Shown here in pieces: positions 1 to 12,105 of a stretch of 32,669 nt of DNA. Location of the stretch: the NCBI GenBank assembly GCA_000320545.1, contig ADNK01000913.1, forward strand, positions 1 through 32,669, read 5' to 3'. This DNA is from Bigelowiella natans CCMP2755. Lineage: Eukaryota; Protista; Cercozoa. Both the position numbers and the translations under genes were made by a program. Numbering within the stretch: the first letter of the stretch is position 1; the number at the start of each line of letters is the position of its first letter. Under the pieces are notes generated by a model that was not told where the DNA came from, did no database searches, and saw only the letters and a list, made by a program, of their open reading frames with translations.

Positions 1-62
1 CCTATCCCCCTGTGTGCCTTGCTTTCTCTTCTTTGTTCTTATATGCCTGCTGGTGGTTTTAG

Positions 63-1575
63 ATTTACCATAAACGGCTTGGCGAAGAGGACCAGGCGAT
101 ATCATTCATCAATACGTGTGTGCTGCGAATATATTACACGATTCTATTCCAAAAATGACACACACATACACACACAAACACACACACGCACGCATACATA
201 ATTAAATTATATTGTGTGTTCGTAATATAATTATATGCCCCACCCCCACAGCTACTGGGGCGCAGGAGAAAGTGGACGTAGTCTCCGAGCCGGGGCCAAC
301 CTCGGCACATTGTTGAAGAACTCAAAAGCAACAGGGGGGGAGGGGGTTACTAGCCAAAGGTTGGGCCTTTTTATATACCCTTATGCTTTTCCATCTCACC
401 ACCTCCCTGTGCTATCGTTCCTACCCTTCATCAGCGAGTTTGGGTTCTGTGATCTGCTACGGCGTGCTTCAGAGCTGTATAACCCGATGGTATTATCTTC
501 CTCGACGCACCTCACACCGACCCCCCCCCTAAATTGAAAAATCGTTCTAATGTGAGAATCGCTAAAAAGAACACGCTTATGTGTGTGTCCTCTTATCTTT
601 AATCAGGCTTTTGCTTTCGTTTTGATGATTCTACAGCAGTGGTGAGAGGAGGAGGGGGAGGGGGAGGGGTAGTAGCAGTTTCATGTGTTAGACCGCGTAA
701 AGAAGGAGAGGGGTCAGGAAAGCTTTACCTTGAGTCTCATCAAATTACGCATATACACTTACGAATTTGGGGTGTTTGTGTGTTGTTGTTGTTGTTGTTT
801 GTGCGTGTTTGTGCGTGTTTGTTGATGCTACGATATGTGTCTTTTCTATTGTGAGAAGGAGCGGCGTCAATGCGGTGAACATGTACTGCGCCCAGATCTT
901 CCAGGATGTGGGGTTTGAGGTGGGAATAGCACATTGCCAGTCGTAACGAGCACACATCGATGATTGATTGCTGTGAGCGAAGAAATCATTTATGAAGTGA
1001 TCGAAGTCACCATTTGTTTTCTACTCACCAATGAAGAAACATAGTTTTTAAAAAATAATAATAATCGGGGAATGTAACGAAGCATGCACCGCACGCTTTC
1101 GAACCAGCGCGCGGACGCGGATGGATTGGAGAGTAGCGATTAGGATTATGGGCCAGAACTTGCCCCCATGTCCCTTTTTTCCCATGATGACTGGTAGGCA
1201 GCACCTGATAGTTACTAACTGCGCCTTAGAATACCGACCAAGCTGGGGTGTACATCATGACAGTTCAGGTGTTTGGAGTGCTTCTCAGCGTTTATCTGTA
1301 AGTCATCAACCCCTCCCCCCCCATAACATACATATCCGGTGGCGCCGGGTGTCTGTGTTGTGTGTGTTTGTTTGCGCGTGTTGCGAATAATAATGCATAT
1401 ATGTTGTTTCCGTGTGCATGCGTGCGCCCGCGTGTGTGTTTGTGTGTGTGTGTGTGTGTGCGGCGCGCACGCATTTGGCCCATTGAAAGGGTGGAACGAG
1501 CAGGAAGGCTCACGTTGCTGTGTACAAGGTTTGATAGTACTATCGCTAATCCATCCGAGTTATTATTAATATTTG

Positions 1576-1644
<69 letters not shown>

Positions 1645-1725
1645 GAGCTCTTCCCTTGCGTCGACCTTCATCTCATATACACATTAACAGCATTGTTGGA
1701 ATGGCCAGCACCCTTCTCATCATGG

Positions 1726-1758
<33 letters not shown>

Positions 1759-2315
1759 ATTATCGTCAGTAATATAAGGAGGAGGAGGAGAGGCTGAGGG
1801 GAAGATATTGTGAATGCTCTGAACTGTACGCAGCCAAAAGGAAAAACAGAAAGTTGATCCAACTGCACGTGTAGCAATCAATTTATGTCCCACTTCCCTC
1901 ATCAAACGTGCTCGAAGCATTTTCTCTAACCCCCCCCTCTCCCTGTACGTGAATGAGTTATTATTTCCGTTCTCAGGCGTGTACTTCTGGGAGAAAGATC
2001 GAGGTTGTTAGTGAGTGTTAGAAGGACAGTGAGTGCGACATTATCATCATCATCACCACCATCGCCATTGTAATCTTTATGATGGCTACACCGGCTGCTT
2101 ATTTAAATGCAGCAAGTTATATCCTGTATGAGAGGCGGTCGCACATGGGGTCTTCTCTTATGAGTAATGAGTAGTGATCGCCGTCCATTCATTGGTTGTT
2201 TTCTTCGCATGTCAATGACTCGACTGGAATGTGCGACTACTATCGATAATGTGCTCGATCAACCAGGGAGAGACCCTCCGGATTTAGCTCTGCCCGCGAC
2301 TATGGTAGCGTCTTT

Positions 2316-2360
<45 letters not shown>

Positions 2361-2712
2361 TTTCCAAGAGAGAAGTAGAAGAAGCAGCACGGGTGGAAAT
2401 AGAGATATGATGGAAGTTCATTCTGGGGGTAGGTGTATATGCTAAGCTTCGCTATCGGACTTGGGCCTATTCCTTGGTAGCCACCCACACACACACACAC
2501 ACAAAATCATATTTACATATAGGCGCGCGCGCGCGCGCGTGTGTGTATGTGCGTTTGTGCATGTTAATGTCGGGCATTTAACATTTGGTAAGGCGACGAT
2601 GCATGTACTCAGGCTCGTAATTAACGAGATATTTCCCGACGACGCACGAGGCACTGCCGGGTATTATCATCATTCGAATGTGTCTACGCGCATTAATATA
2701 AATTGTATATTA

Positions 2713-2781
<69 letters not shown>

Positions 2782-3251
2782 CTGTATTCGATGGAGGTGT
2801 ATTGTATATTGTGTTGACTTTAATTAGCCCAGATTACTAGGTCTGTAACAGTAGTTTCACGTTTATTGAAATGTGACCGACGATGCGGCGTATCATGAAT
2901 ATTTTGTTGGGCCTACTTTGATTGTTATAGATCGATGGCTGTCCTGGTCAACTGGGTCGTTACTGAGAGACTCAATGCAATAGACGATTCGACCTGCTAG
3001 TAGCCCTTTAGTACTCGTTTGCCGGTTATTATAGATCGAAGAGACACCACAAACTTCTACTTGAGAACATGATTTTTGCGATGGTGCGGATGTGCTCTGT
3101 ATGATTATATTTGTTATCAGGTGAGCGCGTTTTTAGTGACGCAATTCTTCCAGACTATGGACTCTGCTATGGGCTCCTACGGCGTTTTTTGGTGCTACAG
3201 TAGCTAGAGTGATGAGCGCACGCATTTTGCTATAGATGATGGATATGTAGA

Positions 3252-3294
<43 letters not shown>

Positions 3295-3486
3295 GCAGTC
3301 AAAAGGCACAGAATTCAATAATCTCAAAACGCACGCATATGTTACAACACTCATTATCACATTGTGATATTATTTCTGCTGCTCCTTGCAAGGTTCTTCA
3401 TGACGATATTGGCTACGGGATTTGTTTTCGTTCTAATCAACGGAGATGTAATAAAGTCGCGTGCTTCCCGCATTGGAGACCAATGA
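63..3486 (+). CDS. Sugar porter family MFS transporter (GLUT6/8- or ERD6-like), 5'-partial, 15 small exons visible
   Basis: Phase-consistent GT-AG exons (approx. 63-115, 252-359, 435-489, 607-641, 859-919, 1230-1297, 1490-1528, 1691-1725, 1977-2003, 2267-2304, 2433-2476, 2613-2660, 2931-2955, 3121-3191, 3393-3486). They splice to ...LMILQQWSGVNAVNMYCAQIF...LVERAGRLTLL...FAIGLGPIPWLVINEIFPDDARGTAGSMAVLVNW...GVFWFF...GDQ*. QQxSGxN, ERxGR, GxGPIPW and EIFP..RG are sugar porter signatures. Confidence 0.92.
1578..1640. repeat. Compound (GT)n(GA)n intronic microsatellite
   Basis: Directly visible; lies in a sugar porter intron. (GTA)n follows at about 1726-1758. Confidence 0.95.
2714..2779. repeat. 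Compound (TA)n(GA)n intronic microsatellite
   Basis: Directly visible. Confidence 0.95.
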
Positions 3487-4300
3487 GGGAACAATGAGCA
3501 GCTATGTCGCCTTTCTTATGATGAATTTTACACTAATAAATTTGACTAACATTGATGCTTCGGAACTCGCCCCTAAATCATAATGTAAAGATAAGTCAAC
3601 GCAAGAAGCCGAAGAGAGGGTTGCCAAGTTAGCAGCAAAATGTAATAGCTGAGATTTGCGACCTTGCCCTGCATTATTTGCTTCGAAGATTCTTTAACTT
3701 CGACAATTGCCTGTCGACATGCCATGGAGGACAGCCTAGTACGTTTTGGCTGGCCTTGAAGGAACGACTCGCAATGTCTTGCTGGTTCATGTTCACTTTA
3801 ATTGCGCACAGTGTTATCACATGTGTAGTGTCGCCTCCATACAATCAGACCATTTGGCGCACCATTCATGATTATGTTCATTATATTCTCGCGAGCACTC
3901 AGGAACCAGGTGAAATGAACACACATGCATGCTCGCGTCTGCATGCATGATGTGGCACGCAACTGTGCTAGTGCATGTGTCACATGCTAGCATGCCATGC
4001 ATGCCCCTGATGTCAACATGTTTCTAAGCCGTGCTCATCGTTGGCTAGCTGATAACACCTGTCTAGCTGTGTGCATTGTGGCTTCGACTGATGCGAACAA
4101 GCGATGTTCACAAATGATGGATGCTGGCACGTGCGTGTTCAGCTTCATCACAGACCCGTCTCAAGAAGCACGCTAGCACGTGTGCAGATCAAGCGCGATG
4201 GCCAACATTTGTGACCGCCGACATGCGCTGTTTGAGTTGGCTGCAAATGGCCACCTTGTTGATTCCAATGGGAACGGTGGAAAGGCTCACACATCATGGA

Positions 4301-4431
4301 CAATGAACAATGAACAATGAAGAAAGCGTTGATCAAAACTACATGCGCCAGAACCACATGGGAGACAGGCATTTGCACGCAGCAGAGCCTCAACAACACT
4401 CGTTGCAAGGACTTGTCAGCACCCTGTTGGT
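4301..4431. repeat. Dispersed repeat, copy 1 (candidate retroelement-end or MITE relic)
   Basis: caatgaacaatgaacaatgaagaaagcgttgatcaaaactacatgcgccagaaccacatgggagacaggc...gcctcaac...acttgtcagcaccctgttggt aligns by eye with 22221-22371 in the same orientation. Confidence 0.88.
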
Positions 4432-4788
4432 GAGAGACACAAAAAATCAGCCGCATCCCATGGACATTGCACAACATTCGAGCAACGCCGGTCACCACCA
4501 CCATTTGCTGAAGCATTCTAGAGCATATTCCAGGAGTAAATTCAGTTGCAAAATCACGCGATCATTATTTACGGCAAATATACCAAAGAAACGACGACAT
4601 GAAAATAATAGTAACGGTTGAATCTGCACTGCACAGTGGTTGCAAGGCGTAGATCTAGGGGGGTAGTGCAGGGTACCTACTTCTCGAGATTTCTCCGCCT
4701 GCGTTTCGACGTGCCTATTGGGGGGAGGGATCGGTGATATTTGCCGCGAACGCATCCAAACCTAACTGCCAACGTGCATCGTGCGATC

Positions 4789-5430
4789 ATGACGGTTGCG
4801 GCCTCTCTTCTTCTATTGCCTTTTCTAGCAAACACCAACGGCCTCACAAGGTGCTGTAATTTTTTGGATGCTGATGTGCGGTCTGATCGTGGGCACATTC
4901 ATGCTTTGTGCGCTTGCATGATGTACTGTGTGCAAGGTGTGTACACCGTGCGTCTTGCATGTGCACGAGACTTTATGTTACTGCATGCTAGGAGTGCTGT
5001 GTAGAAATCATCATTTCGTGCGGTTTTCCCTTCAAGGTTATGTATTTTTACTAGGGTTCCGAGACCCACTGCCGCACAGCTGCGATACCAACGCCATGAG
5101 ATTGCAGCATTGATCCATTTCAACATGGCAACATTCCAAAAGGTAGTGATAGCTTCAGCTTTTAGACGGGCTGCAAAGTAGATTGAGGATGATGAGTGTT
5201 CCTGCTGAGAATACAACTAGTCCACACAACTAACGAATTCAAACAACAGGACGGAGACCCTGGTTGCACTAAAGACAATTGGTTAGCAAAATCTTATCGT
5301 CTAATTCAGTCAATGCAGATGCTGAAACGTGTCGATTTTGCTCCATTCAGGAATACAAAGCAGCCATACGCTGTTGGCCCGAGCTCTGATCCCAGTAAGC
5401 GTGAACACATTCTCCCCACTCAAAACATGG

Positions 5431-5499
<69 letters not shown>

Positions 5500-6849
5500 G
5501 ACGGATATGATTATAAGTCTGGCACTGGTGCTATTTTCAGAAAGTTTCAATCCAACGAAGCTGAACACAACACAATGGGCTGAAGTAATGCAAAATCTCG
5601 GAGCAAAGCACGCAATCCTAACTGCAAAACACGGGTGTGGCTTTGGCCTGTGGCAATCAGACTACAAGTTCTCAGATGGATCAGAGTAATTGTTGTGAGG
5701 GCGTGATTTGTGAGTCGTGACACTGTGCACTCCATCCATTCAACGATAATGTAGGTATGGATATGATGTTGCCGGTGGCTTTGGGCGTGACGTTCTCCGT
5801 GAGTTCTCTGATTCAATGGAGCAAGCTGGCATTGGACACGGCTTCTACTATAGTCTCACCAACAACTTCTTTCTCAATGTATACAAGCACGAGGTGCAGC
5901 CCCCCTCTACGCTCATTCCGAACCAGAAGAACGTGACCCAGCAAGGTAGTGGCTTGCTTGGCGTTGGTGCCGGCGTTGAAAATGTCGCCAGAATCGCGTT
6001 TTGTTTCCGTACTGTGATAATTCTTGTCCATCTCTGTTGTGCGCTGCAGAATTCGAAGATCTCGCCGTCCACCAAGTAGAGGAGCTCTGGAGCAAATACG
6101 GCGCTCTGGATGAGATCTGGTTTGATGGCGGATACACGGGATCCCTCAAGGACAAGCTCAGCGCACTTCTCGCCAAATACCAACCGAACGCAACCGCATT
6201 TGGCGGTGATGGCGTCAGCCCAAGCCCCGCATGTTGGGTGGGTACCGAATCTGGAGAGCCTGGCGCTGAGATATGGAGCACCGGCACGGATAGCCACGGC
6301 GATCCAGATTCCCAGGTCTTTTGCCCGAAGACGTGCGACACGACACTTCAGGACGGGGACGCATGGTTTTACAAGGAGGGCTTGTCGATTCGCTCTCTAT
6401 CGACCATGATAGCGGTGTACCACGCCACCGTCGGTATGAATGGCGTCCTGGAACTCGACTTCGCGATCGATCGGACGGGGAGGGTGCACGATTCCCACGC
6501 CGAGCTCTACAAAGCTCTGGGGGACTGGGTTCGGGCATGCTACGGCACTCCCGTGGCGCAACAGGCCAACAGAACTAACGAGGTGACGCTGCCTGCAGGA
6601 ACCCCGATTGACCGAGTGACTCTCTCCGAGGACATTGCAGAAGGACAGCTCATCAGAAGCTTCACCGTGCAAGTCATGCCAAAGGGCGGCTTCGAATGGA
6701 AAGTAGTAGCCAAGGGCCAGTCTGTTGGAAATAAAAGGATCGTTCTCTTCGACAAGATTGACGCTGAGAAGGTCAAAGTGAGCGTGGATGAAGCAGTCGG
6801 CACACCATATCTGAGTGTGAAGATTCACGCCCCGTGTGCAAGTGAATGA
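4789..6849 (+). CDS. Alpha-L-fucosidase, glycoside hydrolase family 29, with signal peptide and C-terminal F5/8-like beta-sandwich; 7 exons
   Basis: Exons 4789-4850, 5055-5142, 5250-5281, 5351-5394, 5541-5685, 5755-5945, 6050-6849 join in phase. The product reads MTVAASLLLLPFLA (signal), PRPTAAQLRYQRHEIAALIHFNMATF, FNPTKLNTTQW, ILTAKHGCGFGLW, GFYYS, EIWFDGG (nucleophile Asp at 6124-6126), YHATVGMNGVLELD and GQSVGNKRI. Confidence 0.95.
5437..5499. repeat. Compound (TA)n(TG)n intronic microsatellite
   Basis: Directly visible in fucosidase intron 4; a similar compound run lies at about 26330-26401. Confidence 0.95.
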
Positions 6850-7566
6850 TACGATCGGCTGGAGTACGTAAGATCTATAACTGAGCGGATGTAGCATGCA
6901 ACCTAACTACGCCTGTGTGCGCAAGGATGTATAAACGATAAAACAAATAAAATTGTTCGAAACGGTTTGCGCACTGAATGTAGACGGGCGTCATGCTTTG
7001 TGCATGCGTGATTCGAAGATGTGCCACACATTTAGCGAAACGCTCGTACGTACACGCTGAATAATGCTTATTGCGGTGATATATAATATAATAATAATGC
7101 AATAAAACTATGTTGTTGTGTTTTTGGGCATATGGAATCAGCTATTCTACTACATTGTACAGCTCGGTGCCATCGTAGCGCCAAGTCTGTGCATGTATGC
7201 ACACGTTTTTGTCGATTCAAGAGTGCATGTTGAAATACATGCAGCACGCTACGATGCATCATATTGGGCTGAAAAATCGACACGAACAGGCGGTGCGCCA
7301 CGCACATAGTATTACAAAGTAAATTTGTACATGGTGTGTGGGCACACAACTAGACAAGTGCATAGTCATGTGCATATGTCGTACACATACATTGCATGCA
7401 TGCATACACAGGATTATGCACGGCACTGTGAACGTAGCTTTGAAATTTACTGCTCATCGTTACCATCGATCAATCTGAAGCGGGTACTAAGCGCTCCGCA
7501 TCATCCAATGCTGATATTCTTTGCATGAGCAAATGGCCTCTCGACAGTCAACGACTAATGCAAGGG

Positions 7567-9551
7567 CTACGAGGCCCATTTTGTAGACAACCCCGGAATA
7601 TTGCTTTTCTGCATATTACTAAAAGATTTCTTCCCGCCCATGAAATACTCCTTTACCACGACCTCTTGTGGTTTTTTGACGTTGTAGTGATCCTGCCCTA
7701 TGGTTCCAGGTCTGTAGGCTCTATCAATCGGTTTTTTCCTCATGTGCTCTAATCGACCCACAGTCGTGTCTTCAAACCTGCAGTATTGTGTGGGGGAGAG
7801 ATCGCAACGGAGGCGGGTATTAGTTTTGGAAGAAGAACGGCTTCGAGTTAAAGAAATCAAGCCGAAGATGTGAATTACGTAGGCCAGGTCTTGGGGTCCT
7901 GTAGCTTTCGTGTCCTATCTTTAACAATTTTCTGGAGAAGTGATAGAAGAGTTATCTCATCCCTCGATGAAACGGTATGAACGGAAATGATGAAAGACAC
8001 GGAATAAAAAAAAGTCTTTGGAAACAAAAATCACTGACTGCAACAAGATTATTCTTACAAATGTCCAATAATGTGAGTCCTCACCTGTTGCAATATCTTT
8101 GCTTCCTCCTTACGATCGGATTCAGCCTGCCTGAGCGGATCTTTGATGTTCTTCGTGGAGTACCGACCATAATGCCTAGAATAGGAGCAAGAATGAATTT
8201 TCTAATTTGAAGCTTCCCCAGCATGCAACTATATTGAGTAGTAAGCACACCAGGCCAGGCCACCCTCCCAAAAAGCATTAATGCAAAGAATTGCACCTGT
8301 GAGCGTCCAACGGGTTGTATTCGTCTTCGAGAATAATGTCACCGAACAACATCTTACTGTTCGTAGTTTTCAAAAAGTCGTCGAAAAGCTTTCTGGAAGA
8401 TAATTCAACGAAAATTAGAAATTGATCTGTGCACGTGGACACAGCCAAACACCAAATCTACGGGAACAATCTGAGTCGGGGGAACCGGTTTATGCTGGCA
8501 GAGCTGTGACTACCTTTTCCGATCAGACATCTCCTCATAATTCATACTCCGGACGTGATTCTCTATTTGGCCGTATATCGGCTCGTAGACTTCGTGGACC
8601 CATTGATCATACCTAGAAGGACAAAAAATTGATAATGGTGCTATCAGAACGGTGTTTTATCATTCCTTAAAGTGGAGGACAATGTGCTTTCTTTACTGTC
8701 TTTTGCTGATCTGTTTATGATAAGCCCCTCTCGAAAAAAATGGCGAATCGGTATTTGTGATTCGAAGCAGTACAGTTCTTTTCTTTTCCGCTGCATGGTG
8801 TCTTCCCTTGCGTTCAGCATGTCAGCCACATCGCCCTGTTATATGTAACACGGTCTCAGTCCATAGTAGAAATATGCAACACTTTGAAGTAGGATAAGTG
8901 ATGTAAGCGAAGTTTGATACATTGACAAAGTCGAGGGTATCCTCCACGGCTCTCATGGTGCTTTGAAATTTTTGGTCCTCCTTATCCAGATTCATGGCGC
9001 GCATTCTCTGAGTCCGTTTCTGTTGCACAAAAAGATACGTGTTTATATTTACAAATATTACTCCGTGACAAATACTTGCATGGTGCATTATACATCCCAA
9101 TTATTTTGAATATCGACACAATTTTGCAGAGGTATGAGTGTATGCGTGCATCTATGCTTGTGTTATAGAGTAAAACTAAAAAACTGCAGCCCAAATTCAT
9201 AGTCTCATAAAGCAAAATTAGGCTGAGAATCTGACATGAATTTCTTCAGCTCGCTGTTCAAACTCCAGTTTTTTCTCCTCCCTTTTTTCCATCATACGCT
9301 TTGCTGCTCTGCTTAATTGTGTTGTGCGAACGGGTTCCGATTCCTTCAAATAAACAAATGAAAGTAGAGGTTAAGTTTCTCATCCTCATTCAGCCTTGTT
9401 CGTTTGAATTGAACGATTTAAATGAATTTACCCTTGGCGACTCTTGCTGTAAATCGTCAAGATCTTCAAGTAACTTTGGTGAATAAATCCGGACTGTCCC
9501 TTCGGCTGCTTTACCTCCCCCGCCCATTGTCATCATCCCCGTTGAGTTCAT
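7567..9551 (-). CDS. FAM228-like protein, 9 exons (start codon uncertain; in-frame upstream ATG at 9695)
   Basis: Minus-strand GT-AG exons splice in phase to ...QRKRKELYDQWVHEVYEPIYGQIE...RKLFDDFLKTTNSKMLFGDIILEDEYNPL...KDPLRQ...DPKTWPTFEDTTVGR...QDHYN...GKK...WAS*. The LYxxWxxxVYxPI and FxDII..EYxPL blocks resemble FAM228 family proteins as I recall them; no search was run. Confidence 0.7.
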
Positions 9552-10133
9552 CGTGGCGCTGCCCTCCTTATTTTCGGCTTTCAGTTTCCACGTCGTTTCG
9601 TTGGGTAGAGTGGTGTTGTGCGAATCTGTTACGATTGCTATGTCGCACATGGAAAGTAGTTGTCGCAGAGTAAAAACGCCTTGCATTCTGGACATTCGAG
9701 ACTCGCTCCAGAAGGAAAGATAGTCACTCCATTAAAACAGAAATATGAAACTGCACGCGGATTCCCGTTTTTCATTTGCGACAAGAGTTTTTTACAGGAA
9801 CAGTGAGAAAGACACGGCATTTTATGATGTTTGCGCTGGTATTAGGTCTAGTAACTCCCAAGATTCGGCTCGGTTGAGATGGGAATGGGGAGGGAGGGGA
9901 TGATGATAGGGATAGCAGATTTCGATGTTGTTCTTGTTCTAATTGCGAATGTCTTGCTGAATCCACGGAGAATCTGGAAAAACGAATGCATTCTTGCGAT
10001 TTTTTTGATGAGAAGCATCTTCTTTGATTTGCATTTTTGCTTTGAACAAAGTTCGATTCATTCGAATATTCTTCGAATATTGAAGCTCAATGCTGATCTT
10101 CCTCGATTTACGCTAGGAATCCTGCACGTGAGC

Positions 10134-11454
10134 ATGTCTGGAAAAAGTGTGGAAGCAGTAGTTCGCAGAGCTCAGCAAGATTCGAACGCCAAAGCACTCC
10201 AATGGTATGACGACAGCAGAAAGGGCAAAACTGCAAAGCAGGCAAAGTTCCTTGAGATTCGAAAAGCCCTTTACGATGCAGTAAATTCGAACCCGAAAAA
10301 CCCAATAAACAGGAAAGAGTTTTGCCAGGCCATGGAAAAGATCAACATGTCAAAGCCTTCTGCAAAACTGTTATTCGCTGATGTGGCTAGTGGGGGCCGA
10401 ACGATCTCCTTCGCAAAGCTTGATGGTTATCTTGATAGAACTGCCACCAAGTATGCAATCCAAAAGTTCAAGGCGGCAAGGGGTCGGGATCGTTACGTTG
10501 ACTTAAAGGAATTCATAAATTTCATGCATAGAGAAGGAATGCCCAGATCTAGGGCAAAGAGGATATACGCCACTGTAGATGCAAATATGGATGGCCATCT
10601 AACTCTTGTCGAGTTCCGTGACTGGGCATCAGAGCTTCTCAAGCTTCAAGCGATTGAACAGGAGTTTCTCGACAAAGCTAATTGGCCAACGAGCGTGCGC
10701 AGCAGGCAAAGCGTTGCTCCGGCCAAACAGAAAACCAGTACCAAATCCGAACTAAAGCACACTCCTAAGGCTAAAAAAAAAGAGACTCCGAAGCCAGATG
10801 TCACAGCTCTGAACCAGAAGTTGTCGAATCTTGAAACAAAGAAGGGTATTAAGTGGTATGATGACAGCAGAGCGGGACGCACTAAGAAACAAGCTGAATA
10901 TGAAGCACTAAGAAAAGCTATTATGAATTCCTTTGACACTAATAGTAGCGGAAAGATTGGGAAAAAGGAATTTGTCGCTGCATTGGCTGCAATGAAGCCA
11001 CCTATGGGAAAGAAGAATGCGCTGAGACTTTATAATGACATTACCAACGGGTTTGGTACTATATCAATGGCCAAGTTGGATGGCTACCTTGACAAGACGG
11101 CAGTATCTCTCGCGATCCAAAAATACAAAAAGATGAGGGGCTCTGATCGTTACATCGATCCAAAGGTAAAAAAAGTCCAGAAGAATGTAGACCATCATAA
11201 GAAATACGCCATAATATCTATTAAAACATCCTGAATTTCAGCATTTAATAGCACTTCGTTGCGAATAATGCCCTGCCATTTAGGAGTTCGTGGCATACAT
11301 GGAGGATGAGGGCCTTTCTTCGAGGAAAGCAAGAACGCTTTTCCGCAAAGTAGATTCAAATCACGATGGTCGAATCAGATTGAAGGAATTTAGAGATTGG
11401 GCTTCCGACAATCTCAAAGTCAAAGTTATCGAACAGCAGTTTATGGATTTTTAA
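10134..11454 (+). CDS. EF-hand calcium-binding protein made of two tandem copies of an approx. 170-aa module; 2 exons
   Basis: Exon 1 is 10134-11165 (donor AAG|GTAAAA). Exon 2 is 11284-11454 and encodes EFVAYMEDEG...VDSNHDGRIRLKEFRDWAS...MDF*, which completes the second repeat. EF loops: DANMDGHLTLVE, DTNSSGKIGKKE, DSNHDGRIRLKE. The start ATG at 10134 is inferred. Confidence 0.88.
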
Positions 11455-12105
11455 ACATGATCGACTTCATGACTTTGTTAGTCTTTACGTAATCTTCGAA
11501 TGTAACCTTCGACTCCATGAGAATCGTTTGTTCGGTTTAGCCTATATGTCATCAATGGTGAGAATCTCAGCTATCGATCCAGCCACCAAATTTTTTCGTT
11601 GTTCGACCACTAATAATTCAGTGTGCATGTAAGAATTGTTGTGTGTACCACAGCCCTGAATCAAAGCAACGTGGCCAGCAATGCCTAAATATCATGCATG
11701 CAATGTACGCGCAACAATACACGTACATCGATGAATTTGTGTGCAGCACAACCAGCCAAAAAAGTGTTGCATTGCGCATGAAGTGTACCAGCTTGCCATG
11801 CTGCGTCATGAAACAAGAGCATCGTATCAATCAAACAGTGCTGCCATCGGTTTCTGTGTCGTGAGAGACGTATGCTGTGCACAGTATCAATGAACCCCAA
11901 TGCAACACGCTGGATCTGCTCGTCATGCACGTCCAGACACTATTTCATGCATTATTTAGGCCTAAACCATGCTCATTAACACACGCTAACTACATAATGC
12001 AAGCATTTGACTAAACATCTAGTTGTGCGCCATAAAATTGAAATTTTGAAATTTGTGTCGTATCAATTATAAATGCGACAATTGACTTATGATGCTATCA
12101 TCATG

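Noticed and set aside
5437-5499. (TA)n->(TG)n compound microsatellites as products of the hypermutation
   Set aside because: Pure single-strand (TG)n next to intact (TA)n is adequately explained by slippage; two-strand conversion would give mixed CA/TG.
9879-10133. 85-aa N-terminal extension of the EF-hand ORF and its unspliced C-terminus to 11234
   Set aside because: The extension precedes the repeat module and looks like promoter/UTR sequence. Splicing at 11166-11283 restores the second repeat exactly.
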